26,241 bases of DNA from Candidatus Heimdallarchaeota archaeon (GTDB lineage Archaea > Asgardarchaeota > Heimdallarchaeia > Heimdallarchaeales > Heimdallarchaeaceae): assembly GCA_016839945.1 (NCBI GenBank), contig JAEOTE010000045.1, positions 1 through 26,241 on the forward strand. The letters are read 5' to 3'. A program made the position numbers and the translations under genes. This document shows, piece by piece, positions 1 through 7,791 of the stretch. Each line of letters starts with the position of its first letter. The first letter of the stretch is position 1. The notes below the pieces were generated by a model. The model did no database searches, had not been told where the DNA came from, and saw nothing but the letters and a program-made list of their open reading frames with translations.

Positions 1-108
1 AAAAAATAAATTTACGCGAAGTAGCGTAAAGTATTTAAGAAAGGCATAAAGTATTTAATACTGTAATTATATACAATATTCAATAATAGAACTGATGGAG
101 AATATAAA

Positions 109-537
109 ATGAGCAGTGAAAAGCAATCAGTAACAATTGCAAAGATGGTGAAATTAGAGGCTGAAAAGCCAATCGAACTTCCAGAAGAATTTTTATCAGC
201 TCTTAAACCAGATGGCAAAACATATGCTGTCTTGATATTAGCTCCCAATACCCGAATCATAAGGATTATTCCAACTAGTACTGATACAGTTGCAAAAATC
301 AACATCAATATAGGGAAACTGTCTCCCGATTTCCTTCGTAAAATGGGTTCTATTTTCATTAGATTAGGAATTAAAACACTTTATAGTACAGGTCTCTGTT
401 TCACACAAAGTGCTTGTGTTTACGAAGGGTACATCGATTCAGATGAATTGAAGGAAGTCAGTATAGATCAAATCAAAGATGAGCTTGAGCGTATTGAAGG
501 AGTTTCGAGTGTTGAGGTAGAATCGCTTAAAGTTTAA
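109..537 (+). CDS. AbrB/SpoVT-like N-terminal domain fused to an ACT-like domain; putative ligand-responsive regulator
   Basis: 142 aa. The N-terminus (KMVKLEAEKPIELPEEFLSALK...IIRIIP) fits the swapped-hairpin AbrB pattern. The C-terminal beta-alpha-beta-beta-alpha-beta unit ending IKDELERIEGVSSVEV is ACT-like. GGAG SD at 97-100. Confidence 0.65.
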   Translation: MSSEKQSVTIAKMVKLEAEKPIELPEEFLSALKPDGKTYAVLILAPNTRIIRIIPTSTDTVAKININIGKLSPDFLRKMGSIFIRLGIKTLYSTGLCFTQSACVYEGYIDSDELKEVSIDQIKDELERIEGVSSVEVESLKV

Positions 538-552
538 AGGAGTGAACCTTCG

Positions 553-1266
553 TTGGTTCGAAGGAGAAAGACAAAGGAAAAACGTCTCACTTTGCTTCTC
601 CATCCATTGCGCCGAGAAATTTACCGTCTTGTTTGTGAGACCCCCGGGTTATATTTTTTTGAATTATCTAGTGAGTTAACAGCTCCTCATGGTACTGTTA
701 ATTGGCACTTGAGAAAACTGGAAGAAGCTAATCTTATAAAATCTACTAAGTTTGGAGGGAAAAGAGTTTACTTCTCTAGGACTCTTCGATCTGAAGATGT
801 TGAGAAAGCTTTTGTTGTACTCAAGCATTTAACTGCAAGAAAAATTTTTGCATACATTTTGAACAATGAAGGATGTCATCAAACACAGATAGCTAGAGCG
901 CATGGTATACATCACGACACGGTTAGACACCACACTAGCAGAATGGAACAAGCTTTTCTATTAGAGAGTTATAAAATTGGTCGTAAAACGTGTTATAGAC
1001 TTGGAGAAGTAGGGTTGAAAATTCAAGAAGATAGTATAAACACTATTTCTAATACTTATGTTGCAGCTTTAATGGATATACTTGAAGAGAATTGTTTACA
1101 TCCTGAAATCGAAGAGATATCGAAAGATCACTTAACAGTAAGAATCGAATGTCCTGGTAAAGAAGATGCAACGTTTACAATCTCACTTTCTCAGTGGACT
1201 TTTGATGAAGAATGGGAAGAAGAAATATCTCCTCCGAAAAAACAAGAAATTGTAGAAAAGACCTAA
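553..1266 (+). CDS. Tandem winged-HTH transcriptional regulator (ArsR-like, COG3398-type)
   Basis: Two repeats: HPLRREIYRLVCETPG...GTVNWHLRKLEEANLI and ARKIFAYILNNEGCHQTQIA...TVRHHTSRMEQAFLL. TTG start preceded by AAGGAGTG SD. Confidence 0.85.
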   Translation: MVRRRKTKEKRLTLLLHPLRREIYRLVCETPGLYFFELSSELTAPHGTVNWHLRKLEEANLIKSTKFGGKRVYFSRTLRSEDVEKAFVVLKHLTARKIFAYILNNEGCHQTQIARAHGIHHDTVRHHTSRMEQAFLLESYKIGRKTCYRLGEVGLKIQEDSINTISNTYVAALMDILEENCLHPEIEEISKDHLTVRIECPGKEDATFTISLSQWTFDEEWEEEISPPKKQEIVEKT

Positions 1267-1275
1267 TTTTCAAAA

Positions 1276-1284
1276 TTTTTTTTT
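1276..1284 (+). terminator. Oligo-T (T9) archaeal terminator after the wHTH regulator gene
   Basis: T9 run 10 nt after the stop at 1266. Confidence 0.5.
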
Positions 1285-1288
1285 ACAT

Positions 1289-1343
1289 TTGTGCATATGT
1301 ACGCACAACTAGGAATAAATGTGTCGAAGTATTACATTTATAA
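1289..1343 (+). promoter_or_regulatory. Candidate operator palindrome and TATA box of the moxR operon
   Basis: TTGTGCATATGTACGCACAA (1289-1308) is 16/20 self-complementary. TTTATAA lies at 1337-1343, and AAGGAG SD precedes the ATG at 1379. Confidence 0.5.
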
Positions 1344-1378
1344 GTGGAGTAGTGCCAACTACATAAGGAGTGTTGGAT

Positions 1379-2398
1379 ATGAGTTCTAAGGGCAAAACCT
1401 CAACTAAGAAAAGCTCAAAAACAACAAAAGTAGATATTAAAGAAATTTCAAAGAAAGTTAATGAAATTAAGAACAATATTAGTAAAGTGATTGTTGGTCA
1501 AGAAGAAGTAATAGATGCCATGATCACAGCTATGTTAGCTGATGGTCATGTTTTACTTGAAGGTGTCCCAGGCATTGCAAAAACTCTTATGGCTAGAGCT
1601 CTGGCAAAAGCTATTTCTGCAGATTTTAAAAGAATACAATTTACGCCTGATTTAATGCCTTCAGATGTTACAGGAGTTATGGCTTTCAAACCAGAAACTG
1701 GTGAATTTTATTTTAAACAAGGACCAGTTTTCACAAATCTTCTCTTGAGTGATGAAATTAATCGAGCCCCTCCTAAAACTCAAGCTGCAATGCTTGAAAG
1801 TATGCAAGAAAAACAAGTTTCAATTGAGAAAAAAACATATGCTTTACCTGAACCTTTCCTTGTATTTGCAACTCAAAATCCCATAGAAACAGAGGGAACT
1901 TATCCTCTTCCAGAAGCTCAGATAGATCGTTTTGCATTCAAGGTTTTAGTTACCTATCCTGACGAAGAAGAGGAAGCAGAGATTATAAACAGATTTACAG
2001 GAGAGTATGATTCCTACGACAAACTAGCTGAAATCAAACCTGTTATTACTGATGATGAGGTTATTAAGCTTCAAAAAATTGTTCGAAAAAATGTTGCCAT
2101 ATCTGAAGAATTATCACAATATATTGTGAGAATAGTTAATCTTACACGTGAAAGCGAAGAGGTATACATGGGGGCATCACCAAGAGCAAGTCTTTGGATG
2201 ACAATTGCAGCAAAAGCTTCTGCAGCAATGGATGGTAGAGCTTATGTAAATCCTATGGACATTCAAAAAATAGCAAAAAATGTTTTACGTCACAGAGTTC
2301 TCATTAAGCCAGAATATGAATTTGATGGTACTACTTCTGAAATAATAATTGATAGAATTCTAAAACACACACCAGCCCCAAGTATTGAAACATCGTAG
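1379..2398 (+). CDS. moxR: MoxR family AAA+ ATPase
   Basis: Walker A EGVPGIAKT, RIQFTPDLMPSDVTG, Walker B LLSDEINRAPPKTQAAMLESMQE, ATQNPIETEGTYPLPEAQIDRF, GASPRA. Start moved to the ATG at 1379 because the track's GTG at 1370 lies in the SD. Confidence 0.95.
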   Translation: MSSKGKTSTKKSSKTTKVDIKEISKKVNEIKNNISKVIVGQEEVIDAMITAMLADGHVLLEGVPGIAKTLMARALAKAISADFKRIQFTPDLMPSDVTGVMAFKPETGEFYFKQGPVFTNLLLSDEINRAPPKTQAAMLESMQEKQVSIEKKTYALPEPFLVFATQNPIETEGTYPLPEAQIDRFAFKVLVTYPDEEEEAEIINRFTGEYDSYDKLAEIKPVITDDEVIKLQKIVRKNVAISEELSQYIVRIVNLTRESEEVYMGASPRASLWMTIAAKASAAMDGRAYVNPMDIQKIAKNVLRHRVLIKPEYEFDGTTSEIIIDRILKHTPAPSIETS

Positions 2399-2410
2399 AG
2401 CTAGATAGCT

Positions 2411-4579
2411 ATGAATAATAAGCGAAAACTAATCTTGTTAATTATCATAGGTATTGAAATCATTAGTTTAGCTGTTTTAAGTTCACACACAATAATCTCA
2501 AAATCAGACAATCTAGTAAATGGTATTCAAGCTCAAACTGGAGACTTAACTGTTACAATTGAAAGAGATCAATTATATTTTAAAAATGATACAATGAGAA
2601 CAAATGGCTATATTTATTGGGCAGAACTAGAAGGAGGAAATTTGATACTTTACGGAAATACATCCGATATGTACGAAAAAGCTTTCTGGGATGGAATGGG
2701 CAATCTAACAGAAGGTAGCGATTACGTTGTTTATCCTGATAGGGTTGTGATTACAATAAGAACTACACAGTTGTTCTATCAGATAAGGAGTAATTATTAT
2801 CCAGATTACTTCTTGGATACTAATTTCATAGTAATCTTTGATACTTTTTGGGCTCAATTCAGTTATCTAACACCTGAAGGAGAAGAAAGGTATGCACCGA
2901 TTAACTATCATAATAAACAATTACTTCCTGAAAAAGCAGGCTTAGTAAGCTATGCACCAACTGATGGGGCAGTTATTGTAAAAGAAGGAGAATCATTTGG
3001 AGTTATATGGGAATATACTGAAAGGCCTATGGATCCTTTTCATGAACCTTTAACATATGAAATCACCTACAATTTTGACCCTATATATTTACAGTTTACA
3101 GAACAAATGTTTCAAAATCAGCAACAACAAGAACAACTTGAACAAATAGAAAACTTACTAGATTTACTTAAAGCATATTTCAAACTAATAGCATTCTTAG
3201 CAATTGCGATAAGTTTAATCGCAGCATTATACGGGTATCTGAGAGCTAAAAGGAAATTTAAGTCACGTTTGAATGAAGCTCGAAGCATGCCAAAAAAGAT
3301 GTTAAAAGATATTGAAGGAGAAACAGATCCTAGTAAAAGAGTATCTGCATTGTTTAATTTCTTCTTTCTGTTCTTATTAATATCACCAGTTTTTCAAGCT
3401 AGTCAGTATACAACAAATAGTGTTGATTTTATTACTAGTAATAGATTCATAACGATGGATAATGCCACTCCAATGGAAGACACAAGTCGAAATATAGATT
3501 ATCAAAGTATAGTTGATCTAGGGAGAGATGGTATAGCATATGAAAGAATAACTATGAGTATGCCTTATACTGTAGATAATTATAGCATATGGGTGGATAC
3601 AACAGAAGTTCTTGATTTTAGAGTCTATAATGATCTTGGAGCACCTGTTTCATTTCAAGAATTTGACGATCATTTCCTAGTAAAAAATGTACAAGGATAC
3701 ATTCAATATGAAATGGTGAGACCTTATGTTTACTATAATAATAGCAACATATTGGTTTATTTGGATTATTTCTGGTTGCTGTTTTTTGATCCAGATCTAG
3801 GAAACTATTCAAGAGCTGATATAGAATTTACAGTAATTATACCTGATGGAGCAGCTCTAATTAGTGCATCTCCAGAGAGTATTATGACGATATCACAAAC
3901 TCCTGAAGGGAGAAAGAAAATCACTTTTACAGATATGGATAGACAAATAGATCCATATCATGAATTATTTTCTTCACAAATTACTTATTCCTTCTTTAAT
4001 GTTATAGAAGCAATCGAAAACCAATCTGCGAGATTTGAGCATTTTCGTGTTCAAACGGAAATAACTCAAGAACAACAAGTTTCTCTTATTCGAAACTTAA
4101 TTTTTATAAGTTTATTAGGAATAATTGCACCAATTCTAGCGTTTCTACTTACCTATTTCATTATTCGGAGAAGAATGATTAGAAAAATTCAGGAAGAAGA
4201 ACAAAAATATGAAATGTTGATTTCTGTTGAGGAAATTCAATTAATCGCAATGAAACAAGCTAAGGAGATAGATCTTGAAAAAGAACCATGGAAAGCAATG
4301 TTGGGAGAATATTGGGAACTTCTTGCTTACTTGAGTCGACTTACTCCTGTGAACCTTCTAGCTATGAATGAAGATTTGCATGAAAATACTATTCGAAAGT
4401 ATATACCCTCATTTCTAATCACAGAAACACTTGAATTACTTTCTATTGGTAGAGCCATATCTCAGAGTTGGGAGAATAATGAACAAATTTACTATAACAG
4501 ACAACAAGCTCGAGATTATCTTGAGTCAATAATGAAGTTAATAGAAAAATCAGAAAAATGGAGGAAAGAACAATCTTGA
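2411..4579 (+). CDS. Membrane protein with two homologous extracellular beta-domain/TM modules (internal duplication) and a C-terminal helical cytoplasmic domain
   Basis: N-terminal signal sequence. Repeated motifs FDTFW/LDYFW, LLPEKAGLVSYAP/IIPDGAALISASP and ERPMDPFHEPLTYEITYNF/DRQIDPYHELFSSQITYSF, each followed by a Gln-rich stalk, a TM helix and a basic patch. Internal signal-like helix KRVSALFNFFFLFLLISPVFQA. Confidence 0.8.
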   Translation: MNNKRKLILLIIIGIEIISLAVLSSHTIISKSDNLVNGIQAQTGDLTVTIERDQLYFKNDTMRTNGYIYWAELEGGNLILYGNTSDMYEKAFWDGMGNLTEGSDYVVYPDRVVITIRTTQLFYQIRSNYYPDYFLDTNFIVIFDTFWAQFSYLTPEGEERYAPINYHNKQLLPEKAGLVSYAPTDGAVIVKEGESFGVIWEYTERPMDPFHEPLTYEITYNFDPIYLQFTEQMFQNQQQQEQLEQIENLLDLLKAYFKLIAFLAIAISLIAALYGYLRAKRKFKSRLNEARSMPKKMLKDIEGETDPSKRVSALFNFFFLFLLISPVFQASQYTTNSVDFITSNRFITMDNATPMEDTSRNIDYQSIVDLGRDGIAYERITMSMPYTVDNYSIWVDTTEVLDFRVYNDLGAPVSFQEFDDHFLVKNVQGYIQYEMVRPYVYYNNSNILVYLDYFWLLFFDPDLGNYSRADIEFTVIIPDGAALISASPESIMTISQTPEGRKKITFTDMDRQIDPYHELFSSQITYSFFNVIEAIENQSARFEHFRVQTEITQEQQVSLIRNLIFISLLGIIAPILAFLLTYFIIRRRMIRKIQEEEQKYEMLISVEEIQLIAMKQAKEIDLEKEPWKAMLGEYWELLAYLSRLTPVNLLAMNEDLHENTIRKYIPSFLITETLELLSIGRAISQSWENNEQIYYNRQQARDYLESIMKLIEKSEKWRKEQS

Positions 4580-5256
4580 AAAACAAACGTCTTTATGCTT
4601 CTCTCAGCATTGTATTTTTTAGCATTCTATTGTGCTCTTTTTACAGCTTGAAAACTAATGGTCAAGAATCAGTTTATACTTCACCTACTACTTTATTTGA
4701 AGTTGATTCTAATACAAATTTCACGGTTTATTCAACTGCACCATTAACTTGGAGGTTAAACTCTCCAGTAAATTTCACTGCATATATCAATGCAACAGGT
4801 CTTCCTGCGGGAATGAATCTAACAGTTGTAAGTATTTCAATAGTGTATAATAAACCAGATGATCCACATGGAGAATATCCTAAAATATTAACTCCAAACA
4901 AAAACATGACTGTAGAAAAAGAATTACTTGAACAAAAAACCCTATTATATGCACCTTCTGATGCTGATCAATTTAATATTTCACTAGAAATAGTAGTAAG
5001 AAGTACAACATCTCCCGATAATCAATTGTTTAAATCTGAATTCCCTGGTGATGTGGAATACATTGAAGTAAAGAAAGATATTGTTTTACCAATCATAAAT
5101 TTGCCAGGTTTTCCAGATGCGAATACATTTCTAAGATGGATTTTTATTTTTGGTGTGGCATTCGTTCTCATTTCAATGCCTTCGATATTCGTGCTTTCCT
5201 TCAAGATTAAAGAAAGAGTCGAAAATAGAAAAGCGAAAGGAGGGAAGAAAAAATGA
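4576..5256 (+). CDS. Type-I membrane glycoprotein (signal peptide, single beta-sandwich domain, C-terminal TM, basic tail)
   Basis: Probable TTG start at 4576 overlaps the upstream TGA (TTGA) with GGAGG upstream; the ORF track starts at 4558. Several N-X-S/T sequons (NFT x2, NAT, NLT, NMT, NIS). TM WIFIFGVAFVLISMPSIFVLSF followed by a K/R-rich tail. Confidence 0.75.
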   Translation: MKNKRLYASLSIVFFSILLCSFYSLKTNGQESVYTSPTTLFEVDSNTNFTVYSTAPLTWRLNSPVNFTAYINATGLPAGMNLTVVSISIVYNKPDDPHGEYPKILTPNKNMTVEKELLEQKTLLYAPSDADQFNISLEIVVRSTTSPDNQLFKSEFPGDVEYIEVKKDIVLPIINLPGFPDANTFLRWIFIFGVAFVLISMPSIFVLSFKIKERVENRKAKGGKKK

Positions 5257-6845
5257 GTTCAAAAGAAACATCATCTCCTTTAGATAGATCCACTCAAAAA
5301 ATGGATGTTTTAATGAGATCTTTTGGTATGAGAACCCGTATCTTTAAAGGGGCAACTAGAGCTGTTGTTAAAGGTACAAGAAAGGTTTATCCTTATGAAT
5401 TAAATGCTACTTTAGTTGAAACAGCAAGAGGTGTAGGTATTAGAATTCGTTTGGAAAAAATCTGGTTTTCTCTTCTAAAACTAGTACCATACTTCATCAT
5501 TTTATTGTTTTCACTACTACAACGTTTTGTTCCAAATGCAGGTGAAGTAATAGCAGATGCAACTGGAATTAATCTTTTCCTTATTCTACTCGGTCCAGAA
5601 CCTCGTCTAGTAGGATTGTGGGTAGTTTTACCAATTCTTGGGATTATAGTAGTGGGGGCTGAAATTCTAGAAAGGATCATAAGAGCTAGATATATTCAAG
5701 ATAGAATGCCTAGATTCCTTAGCGGTGCAGAATGGAATATAGCGGAGCCACCAGTTGTTCTAGATATTATTAGTTCTGCAAATAATCTAATTTGGCTGAT
5801 GTATGTAGTATTAATTATTATTTTTGCTCCGATGTCATTTTCTACTGAAATCTTTGGAAATTTCATAGAGGTTTATGAAGTAGGTGCAGCATCTTTATTA
5901 CAAACCACTTCTTTGATCTCGATTCTAGATATAGCTATTATTTCAGGAATGATGTTTGCTACACTATATCAGAATTATGAAAAATTCAGAGGTAGTCTTG
6001 ATAGACAACAAGTGAGACATGATATAAAGCTTGAATCACAGACTAGACAATTTGTTCAAGTAGCAATTGGAGCTGCTTTAATGTCAACTTTCATGCTTTC
6101 AATTTATTACTTCACATTTTGGTCTAGTATTTCCATAATCCAAGTAATCATATTTTATGCAATTACAATAGTCTCTAGTATGATTGGAGTATGGTTGTTC
6201 TGGCAGAAGGAAGGATATATCTTCATTGCTATGACAATTTGGATTTTTCTCAGCGATGTAGTAATGATTTTTATGAATGCAAATGATTCATCTTATTCCT
6301 GGATGATTATATGTCACTTGTTCCTTATCTTGTTTGTAGTAATACTCTCGGTTAATCGTTATTTCGAGAAATATCTTGCTCAAAAAGGAGTTTATGAACC
6401 AAGTTGGATTTTCAGCCTACTCCCGTTATTCTCATACATAGCAGTTTTATGGAAGAAAAAAGTAAGAGTAACAAGAGGAGTCGAGAAAGAATTAGAAGAA
6501 ATTCTTGATGAGGAATTAAGGGATAAAGTGAAAGAGAAAGCTCCATTAATAATCGACATTAAGAAAATAAAAGGAAAAGGGAAGGAAGCTGTAAAAATAA
6601 TCCAGAACTATCAAAAGATTATATCAAGAGTTGTGAAAGGAGAGATGAATATTCTATCTCTTGCAAACATTAACTCACAAATATTGGATATCATTAAAGA
6701 AAATACAAAACTCCACAAAGAAGCAATTACATTTTTTGATGTAGTTGATAGTATTCTTTGGGATGATAAATACATGCTCAAAGATGGTGGAAAAATTCTA
6801 CAAATATCTGAAAAGGTGTATGATGAAATTATAAAGAACAGGTGA
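5253..6845 (+). CDS. Polytopic membrane protein (~10 TM) with cytoplasmic N- and C-terminal domains; function unknown
   Basis: 530 aa ORF with an ATGA overlap with the upstream gene. Many hydrophobic segments between aa ~70-400, then a charged helical C-terminus. Confidence 0.75.
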   Translation: MSSKETSSPLDRSTQKMDVLMRSFGMRTRIFKGATRAVVKGTRKVYPYELNATLVETARGVGIRIRLEKIWFSLLKLVPYFIILLFSLLQRFVPNAGEVIADATGINLFLILLGPEPRLVGLWVVLPILGIIVVGAEILERIIRARYIQDRMPRFLSGAEWNIAEPPVVLDIISSANNLIWLMYVVLIIIFAPMSFSTEIFGNFIEVYEVGAASLLQTTSLISILDIAIISGMMFATLYQNYEKFRGSLDRQQVRHDIKLESQTRQFVQVAIGAALMSTFMLSIYYFTFWSSISIIQVIIFYAITIVSSMIGVWLFWQKEGYIFIAMTIWIFLSDVVMIFMNANDSSYSWMIICHLFLILFVVILSVNRYFEKYLAQKGVYEPSWIFSLLPLFSYIAVLWKKKVRVTRGVEKELEEILDEELRDKVKEKAPLIIDIKKIKGKGKEAVKIIQNYQKIISRVVKGEMNILSLANINSQILDIIKENTKLHKEAITFFDVVDSILWDDKYMLKDGGKILQISEKVYDEIIKNR

Positions 6846-6849
6846 TTGA

Positions 6850-7791
6850 ATGACTCTTGCAGGAGAACCCAAATCCATTCGAGAAGAGAAAGAGCGAGTG
6901 AAAATTCCATTAAAGAAATTAAAAAGATTGGAAATAATTTCTAAGGAAAGATCTACAAGCTTTCTTCAAGGACACAGAAGATCCATCTTCAGAGGACCTG
7001 GGACTGAATATGCTGATTTAAGAGAGTATACAGAAGGTGATGATCTTCGGTTTGTTGACTGGAATGCTTCTTCAAGAGTACCATTTAAACTAATAGTTAG
7101 AGATTATGAACAAGAGAGAAATACCAATGTTATTTTAATGATGGACACAAGCTATTCAATGCTTTTAGGTGAACCGACACCTCGTATTAGAATTGCTGTA
7201 GAAGCTATTGCAACGTTAGCTTATACAGTCATGAATAATAGGGATAATTTCGGTTGGGTCTCCTTTTCTGATAAGATTCATAAGTATGTACCTCCGAGAG
7301 GGGGTAAAACTCATCTCTACCATGTCTTCAATGAAATGCTCAAAATTGCTCCTTTAGGTCGTACTAATATAGGTCACGCAATACGAGAAATTGCATTAGC
7401 TCAAAAACGCAGATCGATTATAATCATTCTTACAGATCTTCATTGTGATCTTGAAGGAGCAATGGATGGTTTTAAGGTCGCAAATGCAAAAAAACACGAA
7501 ATAAAACTTATGCACATTCACGATCCTGAAGAATTTTTATTTCCTAAACAACCACGTCAAGTTAAATTCCAAGATCCTGAAACAGGAGAAATTATGGTTG
7601 TTAATTTCAGTAACCTATTAGAACGCGGAAAATTCATGTTTGAACTTGGATTACAAATAAAAGAAATAAATGAATTTAAGCGAAACATAAGAGGTTTGAA
7701 TATTGATGTAATTGATGCTCCAACCACAGTTCTAATTGAAAAATTATTGTTAGCTTACTTTGGTTCTAAAAGAAGGGGGTTATATCGATGA
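6850..7791 (+). CDS. DUF58 domain / VWA (MIDAS) protein, MoxR partner
   Basis: GPGTEYADLREYTEGDDLRFVDWNASSR...LIVRDYEQER signature, MIDAS DTSYSM, GRTN, IILTD and HIHDPEE. Confidence 0.92.
   Translation: MTLAGEPKSIREEKERVKIPLKKLKRLEIISKERSTSFLQGHRRSIFRGPGTEYADLREYTEGDDLRFVDWNASSRVPFKLIVRDYEQERNTNVILMMDTSYSMLLGEPTPRIRIAVEAIATLAYTVMNNRDNFGWVSFSDKIHKYVPPRGGKTHLYHVFNEMLKIAPLGRTNIGHAIREIALAQKRRSIIIILTDLHCDLEGAMDGFKVANAKKHEIKLMHIHDPEEFLFPKQPRQVKFQDPETGEIMVVNFSNLLERGKFMFELGLQIKEINEFKRNIRGLNIDVIDAPTTVLIEKLLLAYFGSKRRGLYR

Noticed and set aside
12-359. 115-aa minus-strand ORF
   Set aside because: Antisense shadow of the AbrB-ACT gene, with no motif or SD.
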